Below, piece by piece: positions 41,701 to 55,028 of a stretch of DNA of 64,000 bases (position 1 is its first letter; every line of letters starts with the position of its first letter). The position numbers were made by a program, and so were the translations under genes. Source of the stretch: Plasmodiophora brassicae. Lineage: Eukaryota. Where the stretch lies: the NCBI GenBank assembly GCA_036867785.1, contig CP145411.1:372001-436000 (forward strand), written 5' to 3'. The notes under the pieces are model-generated. The model was not told the origin of the DNA and made no database searches. It saw only the letters and a list, made by a program, of their open reading frames with translations.

Positions 41701-44700
41701 TCCTTCCAGGTACGCTTGCCCAGCGAAAGACGGTAGCCAGAATGCGGCCTGTCTGCCAGGCACGTACGCCATTGGCAACGCGACGACCTGCTCGCAATGT
41801 CGGTGCATCAGGGTTCCCTCCCGAGTAGAGAGAGAGAGCAAATTGTTCACATCCTGGTATACAGGCCCTGCGGGTTCCTACTGCCCGTACACGAACCAGG
41901 CAGCGATCCTGCCGTGCCCGCCAGGGTCGACATCGTTAGCAGGGGCCGCTTACTGTGATCGTTGTCCTCCGGGTTTCCAGTACGTTTGTTTATCGGCACG
42001 TTGGCCGCGACCAGCTTGGGTCTCTGATCTGCGAGCAGGTGTCCCTCGGCATCTCGATCGGGGTCTTCGCCTGCGGTATGCCCAACGGGAAGCTTTGCAT
42101 TTGGAGGTTCTACAAGTTGCCAGGTAGGTGTTTATAAATCTTCGCTGGCATGTCGAGCCTGTTCTCAAGGCGTGTTCAGCAATGCCCTGCCGGATACGCG
42201 TGTCCCAGCATGCAGGAATTCACGGCGACGGCGTGCCCACCAGGAACGTATTCGTTGGCTGGGCAATCAACATGTACACAGTGTCCGCCGGGTCAGATCC
42301 TCGATGGCAGACAGCCGATGCCGTCGCTCATGTGCTTTGAGTAGGGTATGAGTGCCCGCTGAACACGCAGGCTGGGACGCAATGTGTCGCCGGAAGATAC
42401 TCCAGCGGAGGGCTAACGGCCTGCTTGACGGTGATGACGGTTGTTTAACCGACCACCCAGATCACTATTGACGGCACGCCCTTGATCAGTGCCCTGCCGG
42501 ATCGTACTGTCCTGCCAGCGCGACTGCTCCAACCCTATGCTCTGCCGGTAGGGGGGACGTTGTCAAGCTGCATGGGGAAGAGGATGTGATGGGCCACACA
42601 GGAAAGTACACGTCCAGCAATGGGCAAGGTTCTTGTTCGAACTGCAACGCTGGCTTCATCTGCCCTGCTGGTTCGACAACAGCCAATCCCGCTGGTGGGG
42701 CACTCTCGGGCTTCAACGTGGATGGCCCAAACGAACCAACGTGACCGCCCCGTCCAGGATCAGAATGCCCAGTTGGATACTGGTGCGCGTCCGGCGTCAC
42801 GACGGCCACCATGACGCCTTGTACTGCCGGGACGTATGGAACCGTGACCCAGGCAACGTCGGCAGCGTCCGGATGTACCAGCTGCCCTCAAGGCTATTAT
42901 GTCAGTGGACCTCGCTCTGGGCCACATCCGACGCTGATCTGCTCGTAGTGCCCGAATTCTGGTATGAGCGGGACCTCGTCGCTGCTGGCATGCCCGCCAG
43001 GATATTACGTAAGGTACATGGCGACTGCCCCAACAGGAGGCTCAGTTGGGTTTGTTATTGCACAGTGCCCAACTGGGACGACTTCGTACCTGTCGTTCCC
43101 CTGCCCTGCTGGTACGTATAACCCGAACCTTGGCCAGTGGAGCGCCAGTCTACATTGCCTGTCGTGCCCCATGGTGCGTCATTAATGTAACAAATCGAAT
43201 CGTAGACGTCGATCGGTGACGTTTGGACGAATCAGGGACGTTACTGTCCTGCAGGCTCAGCGAACGCTAACCTGTTATGCCCTCAAGGGTATTATTGTCC
43301 CCAGCAGACTGGGAGCCCAACCGATCCTTCCCCGCCCGTCAAGTGCCCTGCCGGTATCTCCCCCATGAGGAACGGTGGACCTCGGCGTTGTTATAACATT
43401 CGAATAGGAACGTATTCCGGGACGCGTTTGGGCCTCACCGCTCCTTCAGACTGCATAACCTGCGATCCAGGTCTGACGTTGACGTTCCCTACTGATTGCT
43501 CGTTGCTGACTGCATTTAGGCGGATACTGTCAACTTGGCGCCCAACAACCAACGCCCTGTTCACCTGGGAGGTTCAACCCGAATTTCGCGGCCAGCACTA
43601 GTGCTGCTTGTCAGCAGTGCACTCCAGGTGCGGTCCATGATCTGTAGGAGGACGTCCGAAACCTGACGGGTGTGGGCCAGGTTTCGCTTGCCCGTTGACT
43701 GGGCAAACGACTGTTTATCATTCATGCAGCCCCGGTAGGATGAGGAGCAGTTATGGTTGTCAATATCTCGTCGTGTTGAGCCACTTTGACAACAGGTTAT
43801 TACTGTCCTGGTGGATCTACCTCCCCGACGGGGAATCCATGCCCTGCTGGAACGTTCACAGATGCCACCAATGCGACGTCTGCCAATGACTGTCTCCCGT
43901 GCCCTCCACAATGGGCATGTTCAAGTGGTACCGGAGGTACTCAGCTGACCAAGAAGCCCTGTACGTTTGCGATGAGAGTCGGTCTCCAGACGAAGTGAGC
44001 TTATAGTGGGTTAGGCGCTGCTGGGTATTACTGCACTCAAAGCACCCCAACGCCAACAAGCTATCCATGCCCACCTGGGACGTACTCCAATTCCACCATT
44101 CTGTCGTCCGCTTCCCAATGCAATGCCTGCCCGGCCGGCCGCTGGTGTGCAGGAGGGCTAACGGTCCCGAGCGGGACTTGCTCCGCTGGGTAAGCGAATC
44201 GTTAGTCCTGAATCTGCGGAAGTTCAACGTTCCCTAGGTTTTACTGTCCAGTGAATTCGACGGCGCCAAACCTTTACCCGTGCCCATTGGGCACGTATTC
44301 CACACTGACGAACCTGACGGACAGCAGCGGGTGCACACCTGCGCCGGTTGGATACTACGTGAACGCAACGGGGTCGACCCATTATTGGCCGTGTCCTATC
44401 AAGACGTACGCGAACGTGTCTGGTACGACGAGTGCGTACCCTGTATCTGGCAAGCCGACATCCTGTTTGTCGTGCCCAGCAGGTGAAAGAATATGCTCAA
44501 TCAGCGATGTTCGTCACAATTGTGACGTTGAGGATGATAGGATACAAATGCCCTTCTCTGGCGCTAGTGACACCGATCCCATGTCCTGCGGGTTCGTACT
44601 CTCCTTCAAATTCCTCGTCGTGCATAACGTGTCCTGCTGGGTACGCTGTATATCGCGGTTGACGCATTCGTTATTCTCATGCCTCCCTGAACAGATACTA

Positions 44701-47149
44701 CTGTGAGGCGGGAACTCTCTCTGATGCTGATCTCGTTGGACGAACGTGCCCTCCCGGCCTTTTCTGTCCTTCAAAGTTCGTCGCTTGGACGCTAAACAAC
44801 GTCGCCGTATCGTTGACGCTAGGACTTCTGTCTGTAGTTCGACGGTGGTGCCCAACCTTCAAAGTCATGCCTGTGCGCCTGGTTGGTACTGTCCAGCAGC
44901 CACCCCAGTTCAGGTGCCATGCCCCGTTTCAACATACAATCCGCTACCCGGTGGCGCATCTGTCAGCTCCTGCCTGGGGTGCTTGGCTGGGTCATACTGT
45001 AACGCCACAGCCCAATCTACTGTTACGGGTGCCTGTGCCACAGGGTGGCACTCATCCTCTCGATTCTGCATGGTCGACGTCTTACACGGAACATGTCTGT
45101 AGGTACTGGTGCCCAGCTAGCAGCACAAACGCTACCGCTGCTGCTTGCCCTGCTGGGACATTCAAGTAAGTCCCGAGATCGCCTGCTCCGTCGTATCTTA
45201 ACGCCTGCGTATCCAGCAACGTGACGGGAGCCACGTCGGCAACGTTCTGTACATCATGCACACCAGGTCGGCCCAGTGTTCACGGTGATGCCGAACGTTG
45301 CTGCCAAAGCTGACCGCCGACCCACAGGATATTATTGCCCCGCGGCCGGAACCTCGGCGCCTGTCAGTTGTCCTGCTGGCAGTTACTGCCCAGCGGGAAC
45401 GATATCCCCTCAGCATTGTCCGATCGGGACCTTTAGCAATACGACTGGACTGCGAAGCGTCTCGTCTTGTACGCCATGCACGGCTGGTTGGGCTTGTGAT
45501 CTGCCGGGGTTAACCTCTCCCGACGCGAAATGCTCATCTGGGTAACCCACTGGTTTTCTTGGAACGTCCCTCCTCTGACGATATGTCCCACTAGATACTA
45601 CTGCACTGGCAACTCGCTTACAGCGTCGCCCCATTTGCCTACCGATGGTGGTGCTATTGTGCCTGTTGGGTACTATGCAACCGCTGGATCGTCACGCCCG
45701 ACGGCTTGTGGCCCAGGATCATTCCGCAACACGACAGGCGCGGTATCGTCATCGGATTGCATTCCATGCCCACCGGGACAGTACTGTTCGGGAGGCGGGA
45801 GCGCGAATCCAAGTGGGCCATGCGCGGCAGGGTACTATTGCATTGGGTCGGCTGCCAACCCGCAACAGTACGCTGCACCACCTGGACGATACAGCCTCGT
45901 GGGCAGCAGTACCACGTTGCCTTGCTCACCAGGGACATACAACCCAGACTCGGCGACCGGATCGTGCTTGACATGTCCCGCCGGTCGTCTTTGCGCGAAT
46001 GCGTCAATGACGACCCATAACGAATGCCCGACCGGTTTGAGAAACGGCCTCGTACGTGTTCGTTCGATACTGACGAGCGTGGGTGTAGGCGCATATTGTC
46101 CTGCAGGCAGCGCCGTTGCCAAGCTATGCCCAGCAGGATCGTATAACCCGACAGCGAACGCGGGGTCAGTAGCGCAATGCCTTCCTTGTCCACAAGGGTC
46201 GTACTGCGCGAATCAAGGGCAATCGGCACCAAGCGGACCATGCACGCAGGGTTACTATTGCCCATCATCATCCACGTCGGCCCAGGCTGTCGTATGCCCG
46301 AAGGGGTCATACTGCCCTGCTGGATCAGGGACGCCGGCCTCGTGCCCCGTGTCAACCTTCATGAACGTGACTGGCGCAACGAACCTGTCACAGTCCGTCT
46401 TGCACGTCCAGCCTCGTTCCGTTGGTATTGACCATGATCTAGGTGTACTGCCTGTTCAGGTGGCTCGTACTGCAGTGTACCAGGTGCTGCACAGCCGACC
46501 GGACCATGCACTTCTGGGTGGGTCTTGCGCTCGACGTCTCGATCGAATTCGCCTTTGCTTAGTAGAATATGCTAATGTCAGATACTACTGCACCGGGGGC
46601 GTGAGAACGTCAACGCCATCATCGGGCATCTGTCCGACAGGAACGATGTGCCCAGCTGGGAGTTCGGCACCGATCGGTTGCGCCCCAGGCCAGTACCAGA
46701 ACGTCACAGGTCGGACAGTGTTCGAAATGTCAACCCCATCAATTTACTAATCGAATCTTCTCAGGGCAATCGACGTGCTTACAGTGCCCAGGTACAGTCG
46801 TAACCCTGTCGCGACATTGACCGCTGATCTCGTGATTGCCCCAGCACGGTGGTATTGTCCGGAGGCAACGACGAACCCGCTACCCTGTCCGGCTGGATTC
46901 TATTGCCCGGCCGGGTCGAACACAACGCTGCCGTTATGCCCACCTGGTCGCTTTGGCAACCAGACCATGCTGATGTCTGTCGTTGAATGCCAGAAGTGCC
47001 CACCGGGCATGTACTGTGCAGCACATGGCCTGACTCAAGTCAGCGGCGTGGTGCTCAGCGGGTACTATTGCCCGGGATCGTGCATCGATCAGTTTGGAAA
47101 CACGGCAGGCGTCAACCTTGGCACTCAGTATCGGACAGTGGCTCCATAA
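35770..47149 (+). CDS. Giant secreted/surface Cys-rich protein, paralog B: same architecture as paralog A; 3' end appears truncated
   Basis: ATG 35770 (MGRQQRALTRAVVLALCIGIAWS..), N-terminus highly similar to paralog A, 2 IPT/TIG domains, then GCC2/GCC3 repeats across many short exons up to GYYCPGSCIDQFGNTAG and a stop at 47147-47149. Confidence 0.88.
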
Positions 47150-47385
47150 ACGTTTCAGTAATGGATTTGCCATCGGTCCCCTCCACATTTGCCGATGGGA
47201 GAGGTTCCTCATGCGACACGCTGCTGGCACCTCCAGCGCAGCTCCACATGGTCATCTTGGAACACGACATCTGTCATCTTCGCGCCAGGCCGGGTAAGTC
47301 AGCCTGCCTGCTGGATCCATTATCACGGGCGCACGCCGATTCGCAGGCAACCACCAACTTGGCAGAATCAAAAGGTTCCAAAAAA

Positions 47386-47505
47386 GGTTACATCACCATG
47401 CGGTTCCCCGGTGGTCCCCCTCCCGAGTACTGAACAGGCCAAACACCATTTGGCTTCGCAATTCGGAATGAGATACGGCACATTCGGTGTTGTATGAACG
47501 TAACC
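47386..47505 (-). rRNA. 5S rRNA gene, copy 2
   Basis: Identical to copy 1; followed by a T6 terminator. Confidence 0.93.
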
Positions 47506-47977
47506 GTTAGTGCTGGTAGTGCATCTCCACCTTGATGTAATTCCCTGGGGCGCACGGCCGGCGTGCACTGGAGCACCGTCGTGTTGAAATCGACAAAAAG
47601 ATCGACGCCGAAGACACCGATATCTATATCACGCGGGATGATTTGTATTTCATGGGCCAGCGCGCTGAGGTCCTGGACGCAGAGAATGGCCTAACAACCT
47701 GGAAGCAGAGCCGCCGAGGCCGTCGTCATCGGTGTCTGCCGGAGGCCCACTGGCGCGGTCCCCTTCATAATCTGGCAACCACCAGCAGCGTAGCTACCTA
47801 GCCATGGCGCTGGACTTGAAAGCGATGCATACGTCACGAACTGATGTGGGACGGGTGGCATCGGCGTCGCAGCCGTACACTCCAGGGCCGAAACGTCAGG
47901 TTTGACCTGACGCGCTGCCTGAAGGCTGGCCGCAGCTATGCATTACATCAAGCCGGAGATGCACCACCAGCACTAAC

Positions 47978-48097
47978 GGTTACGTTCATACAACACCGAA
48001 TGTGCCGTATCTCATTCCGAATTGCGAAGCCAAATGGTGTTTGGCCTGTTCAGTACTCGGGAGGGGGACCACCGGGGAACCGCATGGTGATGTAACC
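47978..48097 (+). rRNA. 5S rRNA gene, copy 3
   Basis: Identical to copy 1; T6 at 48098-48103. Confidence 0.93.
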
Positions 48098-48103
48098 TTT
48101 TTT
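48098..48103 (+). terminator. RNA polymerase III oligo-T terminator of 5S copy 3
   Basis: TTTTTT immediately after the 5S 3' end, with a backup TTTT 6 nt later. Confidence 0.8.
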
Positions 48104-48630
48104 GGAACCTTTTGATTCTGCCAAGTTGGTGGTTGCCTGCGAATCGGCGTGCGCCCGTGATAATGGATCCAGCAGGCAGGCTGACTTACCCGGCCTGGCG
48201 CGAAGATGACAGATGTCGAGTTCCAAGATGACCATGTGGAGATGCCGTCGGTGCTTCTACCGATTACTTGTCTCCTTTAGCCTGGTTAGGAAGCATACCG
48301 AAGACGCTTGGTGGTGACGGCATCTCCAACAGGACAACGCGATCTATGATGGGTGTCGCCAGGTCGAATGGTCGTACACGCTGTTCTGCCTCCTGGTCGA
48401 TATCAGATTCTGATGCATTGACCCATGTACGTCACGAAGTCCGTCGGGCCCACAGTGTTGCCAACCGCGTATCAACCTTCCCAGCAGCACTGGTGTGAGG
48501 AACGTTGACCAGCCTCAGCCTGTACGTTCTAACCATCCCCATCACTCCGTCCACCTGGACGTCTGCCACGGCCACCGCACGCGCCGCCATAATGAGGTGA
48601 TGCCGTCGGTACTGCGGTGACGGATGCGGC

Positions 48631-51098
48631 ATGGACAACGATCGGACGGTGCCGTGCAGCCGACAGGGCGCTGCACAGATTGCTCCAGAAGGCGTTCCGC
48701 CTGGCCGCGATTCGCAATGGAAGCGCTCGCGACGGACGTACTATGCACGCAAGACCATGAAGCCAGGCGGTGCCAGCAACGACGAGTATCGCCCTCCGTC
48801 TCCGGAACCAGCCCTCAGCCCGGTTCTCAATGGCATCACGGTACAGCCGCATTGGTTTACCCCAATTGAATGCACGGGGTGATTGGAGTTACATGTTGCC
48901 CAGGTTCGCAGTGCTGAATGCCACAGTCTCGTTAAAGGAAGACTTGTCGATCAGCGTTCCCAGCGCATCCCTTGTGATGGCGAGCAAGACCTGCCGCAGT
49001 ATGGAGAACGGTGAACACTCTTGCTGATCTGATTGGAACTGGCTGTCTTATCAACTGCTTAGGACGATGAGGTCGGACGTCTTCAAGGCTAGGAGCACAA
49101 GCCCAACGTCTGTAAACGTTTGGGCTTTTGTCTGATGTTAATTGACGCCATGGTAGGAGTCCTGAGTGGTATGCTGAACTATGCGGACTGCTGGTGTCAC
49201 CGTCGTGGTCACAGCATCGCCATCTGTTGAGGACAGAAACGGGCCGCCAGGTGATGTAGTCGCCTCACTGCTCAAAATTGGCCTGACATCTGGTTGAAGG
49301 GGCAAGACGTACCTATGACCGATCAGGAGCGCAAGCTTTTGCTTTGCTATAACGTTAAGTACCCGCATAGAAGTAAGGTCGAGCTGATGAACTTCGTTCT
49401 TTGGCAAACAAACATGGTTCCGTAGGCGATGCATTAATAGACTGTCTTGCATGTGTCATGGGGCGTTCCAGACGTTATATTCTGTCCCAATGGAGTCACG
49501 AGGAGATAGGGATCATCACATCTTCGCAAGGAAGCAACTAGTCAGGATTCTGAAATCTGCAGTTACATGCGTTTAGCTGACAACACCTGACATCACAGTT
49601 CAACGCGTTATAGAGCACTCGCAATTTCTCTGAAAAGGGAATATCGACAACTGGAGGACAAAATCATAGCGTTGCAAGTCGGTTCCCCAGTGTTTCCCTT
49701 TTCGGCGGATCTGACCCACCTTGCCACAGGAAAAGCTAGTTTGTCCAGTGTCCGATCCACTGGACGGTGTTCTGCAACATTACTTTGCCAGTTTCCAAGC
49801 CTTTATTCTCAGTTGCAGCGACGCGCTTGACCCTAAGCGTGTAATTATCACGTTCCACCTCATTATCGCTCCTGATTGTGTAACAGTACTAATTTACGAA
49901 ACAGTTGCATGGCCTTGTCGCCGAAACGCGCCGTGCTGTTGCCGCTGAAATGGCCGAATTGAGACGAAGGTCCCATTGTTTGTTTAATGCTTTGGCCGTG
50001 TGTGACACAAGTATCTGTTTAGAAGCATCTGTTTTAATGCTGGTGATGTCGACGCCAGAGCTGCGCTCACGCCGTTGGCCGAGCCCGTTGGCTGTGCGGG
50101 AAGCAACCTTCTTGGCATGTCAGTATGCCTGGTCACCTACAGACGGCGCGTTACCAAATGCATACATCCTCCAGGTTCATCCCCGTTCTTCACAGCATCA
50201 TGACCGAGTCCGCTCAAGTACCTGATCACCAAACCCTTTGTATACTGCTTGGCGTGTTCCTTTGCCTTTTCTTGCTGCTGACAAGTTTTCCTGCAGATGG
50301 ATGTTCGTGCCAGGATACCTGCGGTGCACACTGTGAGTGTAGGTTGGAGGGCGACCTTACGTACAAGCGTGATGGCTCGATAAGTGGAATTCGTCATGGG
50401 ACCATTGTTGAATGCAATGAGAGATGTAGTTGCGATAAATCCCGTTGTCGGAACCGTGTTGTTCGGAACCGCAGTGTAAGAAGGAACGATCCAGCTTATA
50501 CCTGTTTCTGATTACGTATCGCATCAGCATGGGGATTTTCCCTTGAAGGTCATTCCATCTCCGTTGTCCGGATCCGGTCTGATATCTCTTCGCGCGATTC
50601 CCAAAGGGCGCTTTGTTTGCCAATACCTTGGGAAGATCGTGGATGAGAACACCATTCAACGGAAGCAAGATACCGTGTATTTCACGCTGGACAAGCATTA
50701 CGTTTGGACTGATGGTACCGTTCTTAACCCTACCAATTGTTACCTTCGACTCTCATCGACGGTTCCGTAGTGCTTGATGCCGGACCCGACCTTGACCCAT
50801 ATTCAGTTGACTCGGCCACGCATGGTAACCTGTCCCGGTTCGTGAATCATTCCTGTGATCCGAATCTGTTTTCCTGTCGCGTTGAGTGTGTCTATCGCGA
50901 TGCCCGAATCCCGCAGGTCATTGTACAATGGTTCACGGTTATGCATTGCTGAACATCGTCGACGTCCAGGTATCCTTTTTTACAAAGCGCACCATTAGAG
51001 CTGGTGAAGAGTTGACAATTGACTACAATTGGGATAAGACAAACAAGGCTGTTCCCTGCAAATGCGGGTCCAAGAACTGTAAACAATGGCTGAGATAA
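48631..51098 (+). CDS. SUV39/G9a-like histone-lysine methyltransferase (pre-SET, SET, post-SET), multi-exon; start uncertain
   Basis: Pre-SET GCSCQDTCGAHCEC..IVECNERCSCDKSRCRNRVV; IPKGRFVCQYLGKI; GNLSRFVNHSCDPNL; GEELTIDYNW; post-SET CKCGSKNCKQWL*. Confidence 0.85.
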
Positions 51099-51221
51099 TC
51101 ATACCTCGAAGCCCTATTGCCATTACATAGCCAACAGGTCGTAACTACCTAGCGATTAGGGACCGACAAACGCTGACGTGTCACAGAGACAATGTTCCGC
51201 GTTTAAAATATGGCGATTGGA

Positions 51222-51719
51222 TTACGCTGCAGGGACCTCGATCTCGCCGTTGTCAATGGCAGTCTGGACATCGCGGGGCGCTTGTCCGTCAACAGTGCAT
51301 CCGACAGAGAAGCAAGTGCCCAGGATCTCCTTAACGGTGCCCTTCAGCTCCTTCGCCTGCGACCGCGGACGCATCGTACGAGCAATGTCGAGAATCGCCT
51401 CGAACGACAGGTTTCCATCGTGCTTGATGTTCTTCTCCTTCTTGCGATCACGGATTGGCTCCTTGAGAGCGCCAATGACGAGAGACGACGCAGACGGGAC
51501 GACCTCGACCTGAGCCTGACGGTTCTGGACAGTCAACTTGCAGGTGACACGGAGACCCTTGTACTGAGTGGTCGCCTTCGCAATGTCCTCACCAATTTTC
51601 TTTGGTGACAGACCGTGCGGACCAACTTTCGGGGCCAGCGTGGACGCCGGAGCGGGTTCACCACCGAACACACGCAGGTAAATGACGACGGTGGCGCCAG
51701 CATCGAACTTTGGCGGCAT
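51222..51719 (-). CDS. RPL12: 60S ribosomal protein L12 (uL11), intronless, 165 aa
   Basis: [67 protein letters not shown]. Confidence 0.97.
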   Translation of the reverse strand: MPPKFDAGATVVIYLRVFGGEPAPASTLAPKVGPHGLSPKKIGEDIAKATTQYKGLRVTCKLTVQNRQAQVEVVPSASSLVIGALKEPIRDRKKEKNIKHDGNLSFEAILDIARTMRPRSQAKELKGTVKEILGTCFSVGCTVDGQAPRDVQTAIDNGEIEVPAA

Positions 51720-52649
51720 GGCTGAAAACACGCGAACATCTCAGTGAAACGTTATCGACAAAGGCAGCAACATCGACACACAACCTGCTTCACGAACGAC
51801 GGTAAACCTCTTCTGCTCGTACGAACCTCGTGCGGACTCCGTACGGACTAAGCAGCCTGCAATATTAGCGCGCAAGCCATATATTTGTGGGTGAACGGCG
51901 AAGCGCTGCCGGTACACCGTCGCCCCTTTTACCTGGCCAACAGACATTACACATGCGGCGTCAGAAAGCACGCTTTTCAAAGATCCTGCTTATGATGACG
52001 CCCATCGTCGTAGGAATCAAACGACGCGAAAATTCACATGGGGATAGGAACGTCACCCGATACAGGTGTTTCGACTGCCGCGCCAATCGCCTCGGTAGGC
52101 CATCATCAATTCGGAAACTGAACGGGCCAGGCGATGTGCTGGCGCCTTGGAGTACTCCAGCAGTGGAGGGAATTACTGGGTCAGACGGCTGGCGTCAAAT
52201 TACTATGTCAAGATGGCTCAGATCGAGAATCAGACGGAAGTGGCTGGATCAGAAACGCCATAACGAGACAGCTCCTCTGTCTCATCCCGTCCACACTATG
52301 AGTGTCATGCCCGTAAACTGATATTCTACTTCACTAAGGGATGCCCGTTATATCGGTTGACCGCGTGTCCCCAGCGGCGCCGCAGCATCGGAAGCGACGG
52401 TTGGTGATAATGATGAACAGATCGGCGACGGCAGCAGTGCTACGTAGCCGTGCTGCGCGCGTCATCGAATTTGACGATGGCGTCCGCGTCTGTTCAAAGT
52501 CGTGCGTTCGCCAAACACGTTTCGGTTCAGGGCCCTCCGACTTCCCAATTGCTTGGAGCATGGGTAATCCAACAGGACAGTGTCCAAGTTGTAACAGCGT
52601 CCTTGTGTGCCACTACCTATCGTCGCAAACTACCGACAAGGCCAAAAAA

Positions 52650-52769
52650 GGTTACATCACCATGCGGTTCCCCGGTGGTCCCCCTCCCGAGTACTGAACA
52701 GGCCAAACACCATTTGGCTTCGCAATTCGGAATGAGATACGGCACATTCGGTGTTGTATGAACGTAACC
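52650..52769 (-). rRNA. 5S rRNA gene, copy 4
   Basis: Identical to copies 1-3; T6 terminator; unrelated flanks. Confidence 0.93.
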
Positions 52770-52930
52770 GGATGAGCTCGCGACGCCGCAGCTATGTGTC
52801 CAGGACGGGTTCGAATCAGCCGTCCCGTTCCTGGCCCAATCAGTCCTCTCACACGGCACGGACGTACGCGGCACATCCGACCCAGAACACCGGATGCAAG
52901 GCCGGCGGTCAACCATCAAACCCATCGTGA

Positions 52931-54257
<1,327 letters not shown>

Positions 54258-54556
54258 ACCTGTCACCCAGTACGTGTTGATGCTTCATTAGTATTCCGAA
54301 ACACCCTACACGGAGCCAATACTCGTTTGCAGTGAGGTGCCATGATCGAGGGAATCTTGGGTCGCTCCTTTACGTCGTTTACCGAAGGTCTTCAGGTACC
54401 GACGCCTACTAGCGACCCGTGGGGATGTGCCTGCCGTGGCGCGATAGCGTCGCGCTGCCATCGCGCCGCTCGCAGACTGACGGTTGCCGCGACAGCGAGT
54501 CACGCCGGAACGCCGTGGCCGGTGGCATCGGACTTCATCACCAGCCAAGTGCCGCT

Positions 54557-55028
54557 ATGTCGGCCTTGTTTGTCTATGGGACGTTGATGTGCCCGGAGGT
54601 TCTACGCTGCCTGATTGGCCGCATCCCAGGTCACCGCGCGGCCTCGGTTCCTGGTCTACAGCGCTATGCTCTCAGGTACGCACCGGGGCACGCTCGTCAC
54701 TGATCGCTGAATGTGGCAATTCTGCAGAGATATGATATACCCAGTCGTTGTACCAGAGGCGGACGCGACGACCGATGGGCTACTACTTCTAGACCTGACG
54801 TTGGAAGAAATGGTTGTCCTCGATGAGTTCGAAGGAGATGGGTACAATCGGGTAGAGCTGCGCCCCGATCAATGCCACGCGTGCGGTATTCCGCCTGAAC
54901 CAGCCCCTTCTGTTTATATCGGTACCGATGCTCTTGCCGCGCGTATCGACGAATCGGTAGAGTGGTCACTTGACGATTTCAGGCGTCTCCATTTGGCGAC
55001 GTACCTTGAGGAGATGGCTTGCCAGTAA
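54557..55028 (+). CDS. AIG2-like / gamma-glutamylcyclotransferase-fold protein, 2 exons (intron 54676-54727)
   Basis: LFVYGTLM, YP, LDEFEGDGYNR motifs. Confidence 0.88.

Larger units (their letters stand above)
47242..48241. repeat. Inverted duplication: 300-bp arms (47242-47541, 47942-48241), each carrying a 5S gene, with a 400-bp spacer
   Basis: Arms are reverse complements with 4 mismatches by manual comparison (3 upstream and 1 downstream of the 5S). Confidence 0.93.

Noticed and set aside
1-47149. Apparent frameshifts or pseudogenisation in the Cys-rich genes and dynein
   Set aside because: The frame changes I checked are explained by ~55-nt GT-AG introns.
47542-47941. Spacer of the 5S cassette as an SL RNA/snRNA or transposase gene (hairpin CGTCAGGT-TTG-ACCTGACG near 47893-47911)
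   Set aside because: No recognisable Sm site, snRNA motif or credible ORF. A single 8-bp hairpin is insufficient.
48183-48241. ACTTACCCGG resembling the U1 snRNA 5' end downstream of 5S
   Set aside because: No U1-70K loop (GATCACGAA), U1A loop (ATTGCAC) or Sm site follows. It is better explained as an antisense splice donor.
31767-52769. CRISPR array or 5S-derived SINE3 interpretation of the repeats
   Set aside because: There is no repeat-spacer periodicity. The copies are full-length, identical and end in Pol III terminators, with no SINE body or tail common to all four.
52785-52796. 12-mer GCCGCAGCTATG shared with 47929-47940 near 5S genes
   Set aside because: It is in opposite orientation relative to the respective 5S genes, so it is probably chance.
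46987-52925. Repeated short ORFs containing GYITMRFPGGPPPEY or HTTPNVPYLIPNCEAKWC
   Set aside because: These are spurious translations of the 5S rRNA repeats.
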